Made by a program: the position numbers and the translations under genes. A DNA stretch of 32,000 nt from Pseudomonadota bacterium (GTDB lineage Bacteria > Pseudomonadota > Alphaproteobacteria > UBA2136 > JAPKEQ01), in contig JAYZXF010000011.1 in NCBI GenBank assembly GCA_036141575.1, forward strand, positions 173,021 through 205,020, read 5' to 3'. A model generated the notes under the pieces. It was not told the DNA's origin. It made no database searches and was given only the letters and a program-made list of their open reading frames with translations. Positions 8,477 through 15,926 of the stretch are shown here, in pieces (position 1 is the stretch's first letter; each line of letters begins with the position of its first letter).

Positions 8477-9175
8477 ATGTGGAAAGAAATGAACCAGCTT
8501 CCGGAAGATCAAAAGCAAGCGCTTAGCGTTCTTTTGATGGACTATGCCAGCTTTGGTATGGCGGATTTGGTTGGGGACTCTCCAGCGCAGTGGCTTAGAG
8601 ACCCTGCACAGCAGCCAGCAAAAGCTGCGCCTGCACCAGCTGCACAGCCGCAAAAGCCTGCCGGTCAGGTTACATCGCTTAAGTCTGCTGTTACAGAAAA
8701 CATGGCTGCGCGTTTACAAAAGCAAGAATCACCAACCGCAACAAAGCCGGTTGCACAGCCTTCTGTACAGGTTGATGCTAAGCTTGAAAGTGAAAGCGCA
8801 GAAGTGCTCTTTATGCTGACGGGTGAGATTTCAGCTTTGAGTGCACCAGAAGTTTCTATCATGACAAAAATTGCCCAGCATTTGGTGCCTGACGTGGAGC
8901 CTGGATATATTACGGTGACACCAACAAGTCGTCATGATCTGCAAAAAGAGAAGGTGGCACCACTTCTTGAAAAGAGTGCATCTAAGTATGTTCTTGTTTG
9001 GGGACAAGAGGCTGTGAATGCGCTGCATGGGGATGAGATTCTTCTTAGGGAGGCGGCAAAGGAAAGGCAGGTAAATGGTAAAACTTGCTTGTACTTCTAC
9101 CACCCAAGGACAATTTTGCGACAGGGGAATTTGAAAAAAATGGCATGGCACGAGGTTTTGTCTGCTCTCGCCTAA
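8477..9175 (+). CDS. Family-4 uracil-DNA-glycosylase-like protein, apparently degenerate (catalytic and Fe-S motifs not evident)
   Basis: The C-terminus YVLVWGQEAVNALHG..YFYHPRTILRQGNLKKMAWHEVL resembles the UDG family-4 C-terminal HP..LLR.P..K..W motif. The N-terminal ALSVLLMDYASFGMADLVGDSP resembles the N-terminal extension of alphaproteobacterial homologs, judged from memory. A P/A/Q-rich linker joins them. Confidence 0.45.
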   Translation: MWKEMNQLPEDQKQALSVLLMDYASFGMADLVGDSPAQWLRDPAQQPAKAAPAPAAQPQKPAGQVTSLKSAVTENMAARLQKQESPTATKPVAQPSVQVDAKLESESAEVLFMLTGEISALSAPEVSIMTKIAQHLVPDVEPGYITVTPTSRHDLQKEKVAPLLEKSASKYVLVWGQEAVNALHGDEILLREAAKERQVNGKTCLYFYHPRTILRQGNLKKMAWHEVLSALA

Positions 9176-9338
9176 ATCCCTGATAGAATTGTTGTTATTG
9201 GAGTTGTTCCAAATAACAATGTTGAGGCACGCAAACGCCGCAGCCACGCGCGAGCATAGAATAAAACCGCGCTTTTGTGGTAGCGCGAGCGACGTGTACT
9301 TAATATAAAATAATAATAAAAATTATTAGGTAGAATTT

Positions 9339-11162
9339 ATGCGACTCACGCTTGCTTGCGGACTTGTTTTGTCTCTTCTTGTGCCAACTGGTCACACGGC
9401 TCCTAAAGCCCAAAAAATTTCTGAAAGCGCTAGAAATGCTGGCGTTGAACGCATTATTCTCCAAACCAATGAGCAGCTCGGTTACCGAAATGGTCAAACC
9501 ATTTATGACGTGAACCCAGATATTGCTGAAATTCCAGATGAGTTTAAAGTTTTAAGCGAAGATGATGTGCGCTACTACAAAGCGATGTTCTCTTACCAGC
9601 GTAATCTTCAGCGTCCAAAGGTAGCAAAGCTTGTTCCTAAGCTGGATGATCGTGTCCTTCTTGGGCATTTGATTGCAGAGCGCATTCTGCACCCCAAAAC
9701 AAAAACACCTTACCGTGATATGCAAAAGTGGATGGGCAAATACAATGACCACCACCAAGCAAAAGAAATTTACAAGCTAGCAAACAAGCGTAAGCCGCGT
9801 GGTGCTAAACATAACAAACCTGCATTTGGTATAGCTTCAGCTGCAAGATACTCTGACCCTGATATTGATCAGGCTCAAATTGCTCTCAACCGTAAGCGTT
9901 ATAAAATTCAAAAACGTCTTGCCTATCTTCGTAAAAATGATATGCACCAAAACGCAATTTCAACCATTCTTGATGAGAAAAACATTGAAACACTTGGTGA
10001 GGTAATGTGGTCTCGTGAAGCTGTGAAGGTTGTGAAAAACCTTTCTGTAAACGATGAGTACTCTGATATGGCTAAAGTTGCTGGCGAAGTGGTGAAGAGA
10101 ACAGATATTCGCGACGCACAGGCTGGTTGGTTCCATGGCTATGCCCATTACCGTATGGGCGCAAAAAGCCGCGCAATCGCTGCATGGAAAGAAGTGGTTG
10201 ATACAATTCCTCAAAACAGCAAATACTACTCACAAATTTCATGGTGGATTGGCCGTGTGTATGATGAGAAGAACCGCAGTGCTGAAGCAGACAAATACTA
10301 CCGTGATGCGGCAACAGATCCGTACACATTCTACGGTCAGCTTGCAGCTGAAAAGCTGGGTGTGACAAAAGATGGTGACTGGAGCCTTCCTGATATTGCG
10401 CCAAAAGATGCTGAAATTATTCTTGGGAATGCAGGCCTGCGTCGCGTGATTGCGCTGGCTCAAATTGAAGAGTACGACCTTGCTCAGCACGAATTTAAAG
10501 CGATTTACAAAACGCTTCCAGATACGATTGACCGTAGTCTACTCTCCCTTATGGTGAAGTTGCACCTGCCTAATTCTGCAATGACAATGGCGTATAACCT
10601 CAAGCAAAAAGGCGAAGTGTATCCAGCGGCTCTATTCCCAGTAGCGCCTAAGTGGCAGCCAAAGGGTGGTCTAGAAGTAGACGGGGCTCTGCTTCATGCG
10701 ATCATTCGCCAAGAAAGTGCATTCCAACCCTCTATTAAATCTCGTGTTGGTGCGCGTGGCCTTATGCAAATTATGCCTGCGACATCTCGCCACATTCAGC
10801 GTATGCGTGGTCAGCGTCGTACATCAACGTATGCCCTCAATAACTACGCAACAAACATGGATCAAGGCCAATACTACCTTCAGCACCTTTCAGAGCGTTT
10901 TGATGGTAACTTGATGCAAATGGTTGCAGGTTACAATGGCGGCCCTGGTAATGTTGAAAAATGGGTAGAGAGATACTCAGATATCTATGATGACCCAGCG
11001 CTATTTATTGAGAATATTCCATTTTCTGAAACACGTGGCTACGTAAAGAAGGTTCTTTCAAACCTGTGGGTATATCAAAAGCAAATGGGTGTGAAGCGTA
11101 CAACGCTTGCTCAGCTTTCTAAAAACCGCTGGCCAACAAAGCGTCTTGCTTTCGCTAAATAG
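9339..11162 (+). CDS. slt: Soluble lytic murein transglycosylase (Slt70-like), secreted
   Basis: It has a signal peptide (MRLTLACGLVLSLLVPTGHTAP), a superhelical N-terminal region, and the SLT catalytic motif AIIRQESAFQPSIKSRVGARGLMQIMPATS ... AGYNGGPGNV. Confidence 0.85.
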   Translation: MRLTLACGLVLSLLVPTGHTAPKAQKISESARNAGVERIILQTNEQLGYRNGQTIYDVNPDIAEIPDEFKVLSEDDVRYYKAMFSYQRNLQRPKVAKLVPKLDDRVLLGHLIAERILHPKTKTPYRDMQKWMGKYNDHHQAKEIYKLANKRKPRGAKHNKPAFGIASAARYSDPDIDQAQIALNRKRYKIQKRLAYLRKNDMHQNAISTILDEKNIETLGEVMWSREAVKVVKNLSVNDEYSDMAKVAGEVVKRTDIRDAQAGWFHGYAHYRMGAKSRAIAAWKEVVDTIPQNSKYYSQISWWIGRVYDEKNRSAEADKYYRDAATDPYTFYGQLAAEKLGVTKDGDWSLPDIAPKDAEIILGNAGLRRVIALAQIEEYDLAQHEFKAIYKTLPDTIDRSLLSLMVKLHLPNSAMTMAYNLKQKGEVYPAALFPVAPKWQPKGGLEVDGALLHAIIRQESAFQPSIKSRVGARGLMQIMPATSRHIQRMRGQRRTSTYALNNYATNMDQGQYYLQHLSERFDGNLMQMVAGYNGGPGNVEKWVERYSDIYDDPALFIENIPFSETRGYVKKVLSNLWVYQKQMGVKRTTLAQLSKNRWPTKRLAFAK

Positions 11163-11169
11163 CTTTTCT

Positions 11170-11287
11170 AATTCTACTAGAAAATGTTGCAAATACATGC
11201 TTTTTGCGCCTTCGTTGCTCATGTACATTCAGTACACTGCGCTACGATTCTCAAAATCAATTATTTTCACGAATTCTCTAGCGAATT
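11170..11287. repeat. Palindromic intergenic repeat, copy A (118 bp)
   Basis: 11188-11271 aligns without gaps to 21705-21788 with 66/84 identical positions (hand count). The termini aattctactaga / tctagcgaatt are inverted repeats. It starts 8 nt after the slt stop. Confidence 0.7.
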
Positions 11288-11314
11288 AGGGCTCTAGCTA
11301 TTATGTTGTGACTT

Positions 11315-11902
11315 ATGGATATTTTTGCACCCAAACCCCTCCATGTAGGTATTGATGAAGTCGGTCGTGGCCCTTGGGCTGGCCCTGTTATGGCTGCTGC
11401 CGTGATTTGGCCTGAAGGGGTTCCGCTTCTTGAGGGGGTGACAGACTCTAAAAAGTTGACCGCCAAAAAACGTGAACTCCTTGCTGAGCAAATTATGAAC
11501 CTTGCGGATGTCGGTGTGGGGAGTGCTTCTGTTGAAGAGATTGATCGTGTAAATATTCGTCAAGCGACTTTCCTTGCTATGGAGCGTGCTGTTGAGGCTC
11601 TTGGGAGTAAGCCAGCCTTTGCATGGGTGGATGGAAACGCGATTCCTCAGAACCTGCCTTGTGAGAGTGAGTGTGTGGTGAAGGGAGATAGTAAGGTTTA
11701 CACAATTGGTTGTGCCTCTATTGTTGCTAAGGTTTTGCGTGACGCTGAGATGGCAAGGCTACATGATATCTTTCCACATTTTGCATGGGATTCTAACGCA
11801 GGCTACGGTACTAAAGCCCATCAAGAAGGTTTAAAGGAAGCTGGTGTTACGCCGCATCATCGTCGCTCATTTGCGCCTATTCGCGCCATTCTTCAGGGAT
11901 AA
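11315..11902 (+). CDS. rnhB: Ribonuclease HII
   Basis: GIDEVGRGPWAGPVMAAAV, VTDSKKLTAKKRE and a C-terminal GYGT..H...L...G.TP.HRRSF are canonical RNase HII motifs. Confidence 0.95.
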   Translation: MDIFAPKPLHVGIDEVGRGPWAGPVMAAAVIWPEGVPLLEGVTDSKKLTAKKRELLAEQIMNLADVGVGSASVEEIDRVNIRQATFLAMERAVEALGSKPAFAWVDGNAIPQNLPCESECVVKGDSKVYTIGCASIVAKVLRDAEMARLHDIFPHFAWDSNAGYGTKAHQEGLKEAGVTPHHRRSFAPIRAILQG

Positions 11903-11982
11903 CTTGCCAAAAAATACGGTTTTTGTTAGGTTGAGGGAATCAAAGACCTCTTTCCCGTTTACTGCAAAAGGAGCCATCACCA

Positions 11983-12546
11983 TTGAAGGATCCATTTCAA
12001 AATTACACACTTATTCCCATGGGGGATTTTCCTTACTATATGTCTATGCTGATGAAAGACCTGATAAAGGAGATTATGGCCAGCCCGCTTGAGTACGCCT
12101 CTTTGAGGCCGCGCGGTATCATGGCAGACAGCAAAGACATTATTCAATTGAACCAATTGCCTGCAGAGGTGAAAAAAGCAGGTGTTTGGCTTGAAAAAAA
12201 CTGGGCAAATACAGAAGACACGAGCGACCCTTGGCGTTTTAAGGGTATGGATCGTGAAGAGCTTCTGCTGAAAGCCATGCGCCGCTATATGTCCTTCTAT
12301 ATGGAGTGCATTGAGGAGTGGGGCGATGTGATAGATAAATCCATCAAGGATGAAAACCCCGAAGCTTTTGCAGCTTTTCTTGAAGCCTTTCAAATCATTC
12401 TCTTTGTGCGTGCGACTCCCAAAACTGAGGAGGAAAAAGAACGTGCTGCCATTCTTGGCGCTGTTGAGATTGATTTGAATATTCTTTACCAAAAAGCGAT
12501 TGACCCTACCACTGAGGGCGATGGCTGGATGTACGTTGACCCTTAA
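11983..12546 (+). CDS. Hypothetical acidic 187-aa protein
   Basis: The TTG start at 11983 has AAAGGAG 9 nt upstream; the alternative is the ATG at codon 13. Its composition is protein-like, unlike the overlapping antisense ORF. I recognise no motif. Confidence 0.55.
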   Translation: MKDPFQNYTLIPMGDFPYYMSMLMKDLIKEIMASPLEYASLRPRGIMADSKDIIQLNQLPAEVKKAGVWLEKNWANTEDTSDPWRFKGMDREELLLKAMRRYMSFYMECIEEWGDVIDKSIKDENPEAFAAFLEAFQIILFVRATPKTEEEKERAAILGAVEIDLNILYQKAIDPTTEGDGWMYVDP

Positions 12547-12567
12547 ATAGAAGAAGGATAACTTCCC

Positions 12568-12756
12568 TTGGCAATACTTGCCGGCCTCGTGCAAATGCTG
12601 TTCTCGTTGTTTGTGACGGTTGTTATTATTGCAGCGGGGTGCTTTGCATTTGATACTTGGAACTGGGCATTTAATGCAGTTCTTTTTAGTCTTCTCTGGA
12701 CTCTGATGGGAGACTGGATGGAAGATTGGTTTGAGGACTGGTCAAAATGGCCTTAG
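12568..12756 (+). CDS. Hypothetical small membrane protein (62 aa, two hydrophobic segments, W/D/E-rich tail)
   Basis: The TTG start has GAAGGA about 9 nt upstream. It has two predicted transmembrane stretches and the tail GDWMEDWFEDWSKWP. A terminator follows immediately. Confidence 0.4.
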   Translation: MAILAGLVQMLFSLFVTVVIIAAGCFAFDTWNWAFNAVLFSLLWTLMGDWMEDWFEDWSKWP

Positions 12757-12765
12757 CGAAAATTG

Positions 12766-12788
12766 AAAGCCCCTTTGGGGGCTTTTTT
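12766..12788. terminator. Bidirectional intrinsic terminator between the small ORF and mutY
   Basis: aaagcccc (12767-12774) / ggggcttt (12778-12785) with a 3-nt loop. It is flanked by an A-run and a T-run, and the T-run overlaps the mutY stop codon. Confidence 0.7.
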
Positions 12789-13785
12789 AGTTCAAGAGGT
12801 TTAAGGCTTTTGTAAAGAGTGTAGGAAGTGGCGGGAGGCTACTTTTTTCAAACCAATCAGGGCATTCTGTCTCTATTTTGACCTCTCTCACATCAAGTGT
12901 GAGTGTAAAGTGTGTAAAGACATGCTTTACAAAGCCGAGGTGTATATTGTCTTCCGTGCTGTGTGGCGCACAGGTTGTCTCTTCCCACCCTTCATGATGA
13001 GGTTGCCAGAGTCCACCAAGGAGGCCATTTTCAGGGCGCTTGTTAAGGTACAGGCGACCTTTACTATCTTTGATTAAATAGACAGTTGCATGTTTTTCAG
13101 GCTTTTTCTTCTTTGGCTCTTTTTTAGGGTAGTCGGTTGGCGTGCCGTGCTTTAAGGCTTTACAGCCGTTAGATACAGGGCAGTTGTCACAATCAGGGTT
13201 TTTAGGGGTGCAGACTTTTGCACCAAGTTCCATGATGGCATTGGCGTAGCTGTGGAAGTCACCTGTTTCAGGAACAAGGGTTTCAGCATGTTCTTTTAAA
13301 AGCTTCTTAGCTTTAGGAAGCTTTTCTTCCACTTGGAAATATCGTGAAATGACGCGCTCTACATTCCCGTCCACTACATTTGCACGAAGGTTAAAGGCCT
13401 GGGTGGTAATAGCTGCTGCTGTGTAAGGGCCAATGCCTTTAAGCTCTAGTAGCGCCTTTTCATCTTTTGGAAAGTTGCCGTTATGTTCACTCATAATTTG
13501 CCCAGCACAGGCATGAAGGTTTCTTGCGCGACTATAGTAGCCTAGCCCTTGCCAAAGGTGTAATACGTCCTGCTGGTCTGCCTTCGCTAAGCTTTCTAAT
13601 GTTGGGAATTTTGCTAAAAAGCGTTCGTAGTAGGGGATAACTGCTGTCACTGTTGTTTGTTGCAGCATAATTTCAGCAAGCCAAATGCGGTAAGGTTCAC
13701 GGCTTTCACGCCATGGCAATGTGCGGCCATGCTCCGCGTACCATGTTAAGAGTGCGCTTGAAAATGTGTTTTTATCTGTCCCCAT
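12787..13785 (-). CDS. mutY: A/G-specific adenine DNA glycosylase
   Basis: LLTWYAEHGRTLPWR, YRIWLAEIMLQQTTV, an HhH region, and the Fe-S cysteine cluster CTPKNPDCDNCPVSNGC. A NUDIX-like C-terminal domain is present. Confidence 0.95.
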   Translation of the reverse strand: MGTDKNTFSSALLTWYAEHGRTLPWRESREPYRIWLAEIMLQQTTVTAVIPYYERFLAKFPTLESLAKADQQDVLHLWQGLGYYSRARNLHACAGQIMSEHNGNFPKDEKALLELKGIGPYTAAAITTQAFNLRANVVDGNVERVISRYFQVEEKLPKAKKLLKEHAETLVPETGDFHSYANAIMELGAKVCTPKNPDCDNCPVSNGCKALKHGTPTDYPKKEPKKKKPEKHATVYLIKDSKGRLYLNKRPENGLLGGLWQPHHEGWEETTCAPHSTEDNIHLGFVKHVFTHFTLTLDVREVKIETECPDWFEKSSLPPLPTLFTKALNLLN

Positions 13786-13986
13786 AGTGGCTTTATGATA
13801 GAGTGCAATTGTTCATTAATTAATTTATTTGGGTCATTTTTTGATAGTTATAACCACCCTTAAGTAGATAATCTACTCCACAGATGGTAAAAATACAAAA
13901 AATTCCTCCAAAACAGCTTTGAGAGCTTTAAATCAAATTTCTGAATAATTAAACTCCTACAAATGCACAAGGGTAAGCATACATAA

Positions 13987-14427
13987 ATGAAATCTGTTGG
14001 TGGAGAAGTTCCAAAGCTGGTTAAAAAGGCCTTCGCGAAACGCGGGCTATTTAACTTTGCATTGATTAAACACTGGCAAAATATTGTGCCGGGTTATGCG
14101 CCGTACTGTTATCCATTAAACTTGCGTGGTGATATTTTAACTCTGGCTGTAAATAGTGATAGTGCGGCTATGGGGCTTAAAATGCAAGAAGTTGCCATTA
14201 TTGCTCGCGTGAACACATATCTTGGTGGACAAGTGATCAGCCGTATTAAAACCGTACGTAAAGATTTTGAAACACGTGAAGCCTATGTGCATAAAGAAAT
14301 TATTCCTGATGAGGATGCCAAAGCCAAAGCCCGTGAAATGGTGAAAACTGTTGAAGACGAAAAAATGCGGGAAAAACTTGAAAGTTTGTCGGCGGTCTTT
14401 ATCATGAGCAATAAGACAAAAAAATAA
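13987..14427 (+). CDS. DUF721 domain protein (DciA-like)
   Basis: IKHWQNIVPGYAPYCYPLNLRGDILTLAVNSDSAAMGLKMQ..IIARVNTYLG fits the DUF721 pattern. Its divergent position next to mutY and upstream of dsbA is the usual alphaproteobacterial synteny. Confidence 0.7.
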   Translation: MKSVGGEVPKLVKKAFAKRGLFNFALIKHWQNIVPGYAPYCYPLNLRGDILTLAVNSDSAAMGLKMQEVAIIARVNTYLGGQVISRIKTVRKDFETREAYVHKEIIPDEDAKAKAREMVKTVEDEKMREKLESLSAVFIMSNKTKK

Positions 14428-14447
14428 AAATTGAGAGAGGGTCTTTC

Positions 14448-15302
14448 ATGAAGACAACTTACCTATTGGGAGCGGCAGTTCTTATTGCTGCAGGTGGTTA
14501 CGGTATTATTCAAAGTGGCATGCTTAAAAATTCTGCTCATGCTGAATCTGCACTTCCAGCGCAAAACGTACAAGATATGATTGATGATGCGCATGATATG
14601 ACGGAACCAACTGTTGAAAAAATGGTTGAAGAGATGTCAGAAGACCTGAGCATGCAGGCTGAAAAAGTGATGGAAACTCTTCCAAGTGCAGAAGAAACAT
14701 CTGAGGTGCCCCAAAAAATAGACGGCTCTCAAGCGCGTGCTTATAACCGTAGTGATCTTCCAGAAGGCCTGCGTTACCGTGCAACAGATATAACTCTCGG
14801 TGACCCTAACGCGCCAGTACAGATGATTGAATATGCATCTAAAACATGTGGTCACTGTGCAGATTTTCACAACAAAACGCTAAAAATTCTTAAAGACGGT
14901 CCAATTAAAGAAGGTAAACTCTTCTTTATCTACCGTGAACTTCCTTGGGATAACCTAGCGCTTCTTGCTTCTAAAGTGGCACGTTGTGCGCCTAAAGAGC
15001 AGCAAATGAGCTTTGTTGAAGTGTTCTACTCATCACAAAAACAGTGGTCTCAAGCTAAAGACCCTGTAAGTGCGCTGAAGAAGTTTGCACGTCTTGGCGG
15101 TATGGATTCAGATACGTTTGAAGCATGTGCAAAGGATGAAACAATCCAAGCAACAATTACATACGGCCGTGAAGAAGCGATTAATGCGCTTAAGGTTGAA
15201 GGTACGCCAACTGTATTTATTGATGCGCAGCGCGTTAAAAATACGCAGAGCGTAACAACAATTGAGCAGATGATTGATGACATTATTGCAGGACAAAAAT
15301 AA
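14448..15302 (+). CDS. DsbA-family periplasmic thiol:disulfide oxidoreductase
   Basis: It has an N-terminal membrane anchor or signal, the CGHC active site (YASKTCGHCADFH), and a later GTPTVFI cis-Pro-loop-like motif. Confidence 0.85.
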   Translation: MKTTYLLGAAVLIAAGGYGIIQSGMLKNSAHAESALPAQNVQDMIDDAHDMTEPTVEKMVEEMSEDLSMQAEKVMETLPSAEETSEVPQKIDGSQARAYNRSDLPEGLRYRATDITLGDPNAPVQMIEYASKTCGHCADFHNKTLKILKDGPIKEGKLFFIYRELPWDNLALLASKVARCAPKEQQMSFVEVFYSSQKQWSQAKDPVSALKKFARLGGMDSDTFEACAKDETIQATITYGREEAINALKVEGTPTVFIDAQRVKNTQSVTTIEQMIDDIIAGQK

Positions 15303-15559
15303 TGACTGAAAATCCAGATATGCAAAACCAGAGTGAAGAAGATTCACAAACAGCCCGTTGGGGCAGCGGCTATACTGTTGGCCTCAACCTTGTTGTGAGC
15401 GTGATTCTTGGCGGTGCCATTGGTCTTGGTTTAGATCACCTTTTAGGTACAAAGCCAATTTTAATGCTGGTTATGATTGTGGTTGGTTTTGTTGCTGGTA
15501 TGCGTGAAATTTGGATTATGCTATCTGAAGCTCAGAAAAAAGATTCTGAGAAATCCTAG
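15302..15559 (+). CDS. atpI: AtpZ/AtpI family protein (ATP synthase protein I)
   Basis: 85 aa. LGGAIGLGLDHLLGTKPILMLVMIVVGFVAG matches the AtpZ/AtpI core. Its ATG overlaps the dsbA-like stop (TAATG). Confidence 0.75.
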   Translation: MTENPDMQNQSEEDSQTARWGSGYTVGLNLVVSVILGGAIGLGLDHLLGTKPILMLVMIVVGFVAGMREIWIMLSEAQKKDSEKS

Positions 15560-15592
15560 CTTTTCATTGCAAAGCAAAAGAAAACGCGTAAA

Positions 15593-15625
15593 GTGGGGAA
15601 GGTTTTTATCTTCCTCACTTTTTTA
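15593..15625 (+). terminator. Intrinsic-terminator-like hairpin after atpI
   Basis: gtggggaag (15593-15601) / cttcctcac (15610-15618) gives 9 bp with one G-U pair and an 8-nt loop, followed by TTTTTT. The SD of the next ORF follows directly. Confidence 0.55.
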
Positions 15626-15638
15626 TTGGAGAACCCTT

Positions 15639-15824
15639 ATGAACGGTTTTGCTTTGTCTGGAATTGCCCTTGGTTATTTGGGGGCAGGTGCTGGCGTTGG
15701 ATGGTTTGTTGGTGACGGTATTGGCGCTGCAGTAGGAGCTATCGCAGGCTTCATTTTGATGGTTGTGCATATTGTCCGTGCGACCAAGACCGACGCTGAT
15801 GGCGATGATACTGATGCATCGTAA
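15639..15824 (+). CDS. Hypothetical 61-aa glycine-zipper membrane micro-protein
   Basis: The ATG at 15639 has GGAGAA 6 nt upstream. The sequence MNGFALSGIALGYLGAGAGVGWFVGDGIGAAVGAIAGFILMV ends in an acidic tail. The ORF-track extension from 15477 overlaps atpI and the terminator, so it is discounted. Confidence 0.45.
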   Translation: MNGFALSGIALGYLGAGAGVGWFVGDGIGAAVGAIAGFILMVVHIVRATKTDADGDDTDAS

Positions 15825-15836
15825 AAAATCGATTAG

Positions 15837-15865
15837 AGGCGCCCCTATTTTTGGGGCGTCTTTTT
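15837..15865 (+). terminator. Intrinsic terminator after the micro-ORF
   Basis: aggcgcccc (15837-15845) / ggggcgtct (15853-15861) gives 9 bp with one G-U pair and a 7-nt loop, followed by a T-run. Confidence 0.6.
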
Positions 15866-15866
15866 G

Positions 15867-15895
15867 TTGACTTATGCGCCATCTTCACATACATT
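15867..15895 (+). promoter_or_regulatory. Candidate sigma-70 promoter for atpB-atpE-atpF
   Basis: TTGACT (15867-15872) - 17 nt - TACATT (15890-15895), immediately after the terminator and about 30 nt upstream of the atpB start. Confidence 0.45.
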
Positions 15896-15926
15896 TTGGC
15901 TGAAAAGATTTTTTAAGAAAAAGGGT

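Noticed and set aside
9188-9222. AT-rich hairpin (ttgttattgg / ccaaataacaa) after the UDG-like gene
   Set aside because: The stem is weak and bulged, and no T-run follows. That is not enough to call a terminator.
9247-9290. gcgcg / cgcgc / gcgcg triplet that could form alternative hairpins (the first followed by TTTT), plus an 8-nt direct repeat gcgcgagc, upstream of slt
   Set aside because: It looked like a terminator/antiterminator switch. However, the stems are only 5 bp with long loops, and I recognise no riboswitch-like conservation.
11977-12594. 205-aa minus-strand ORF covering the 11983-12546 gene
   Set aside because: Its composition (F/H/C/N-rich, many Lys-Asn runs) is typical of an antisense frame. 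The + strand ORF has an SD and protein-like composition.
13874-13882. DnaA-box-like 9-mer tactccaca (7/9 to TTATCCACA) upstream of the DciA-like gene
   Set aside because: It is a single imperfect box in an AT-rich divergent promoter region. No cluster of boxes and no DUE-like repeats are present.
15477-15638. Upstream extension of the micro-ORF (115-aa version). Similarly, the TTG 15864 extension of atpB, the 7269 extension of rplS and the 19022 extension of rpmE
   Set aside because: These extensions overlap upstream genes or terminator hairpins, lack an SD, and add residues absent from the conserved protein families.
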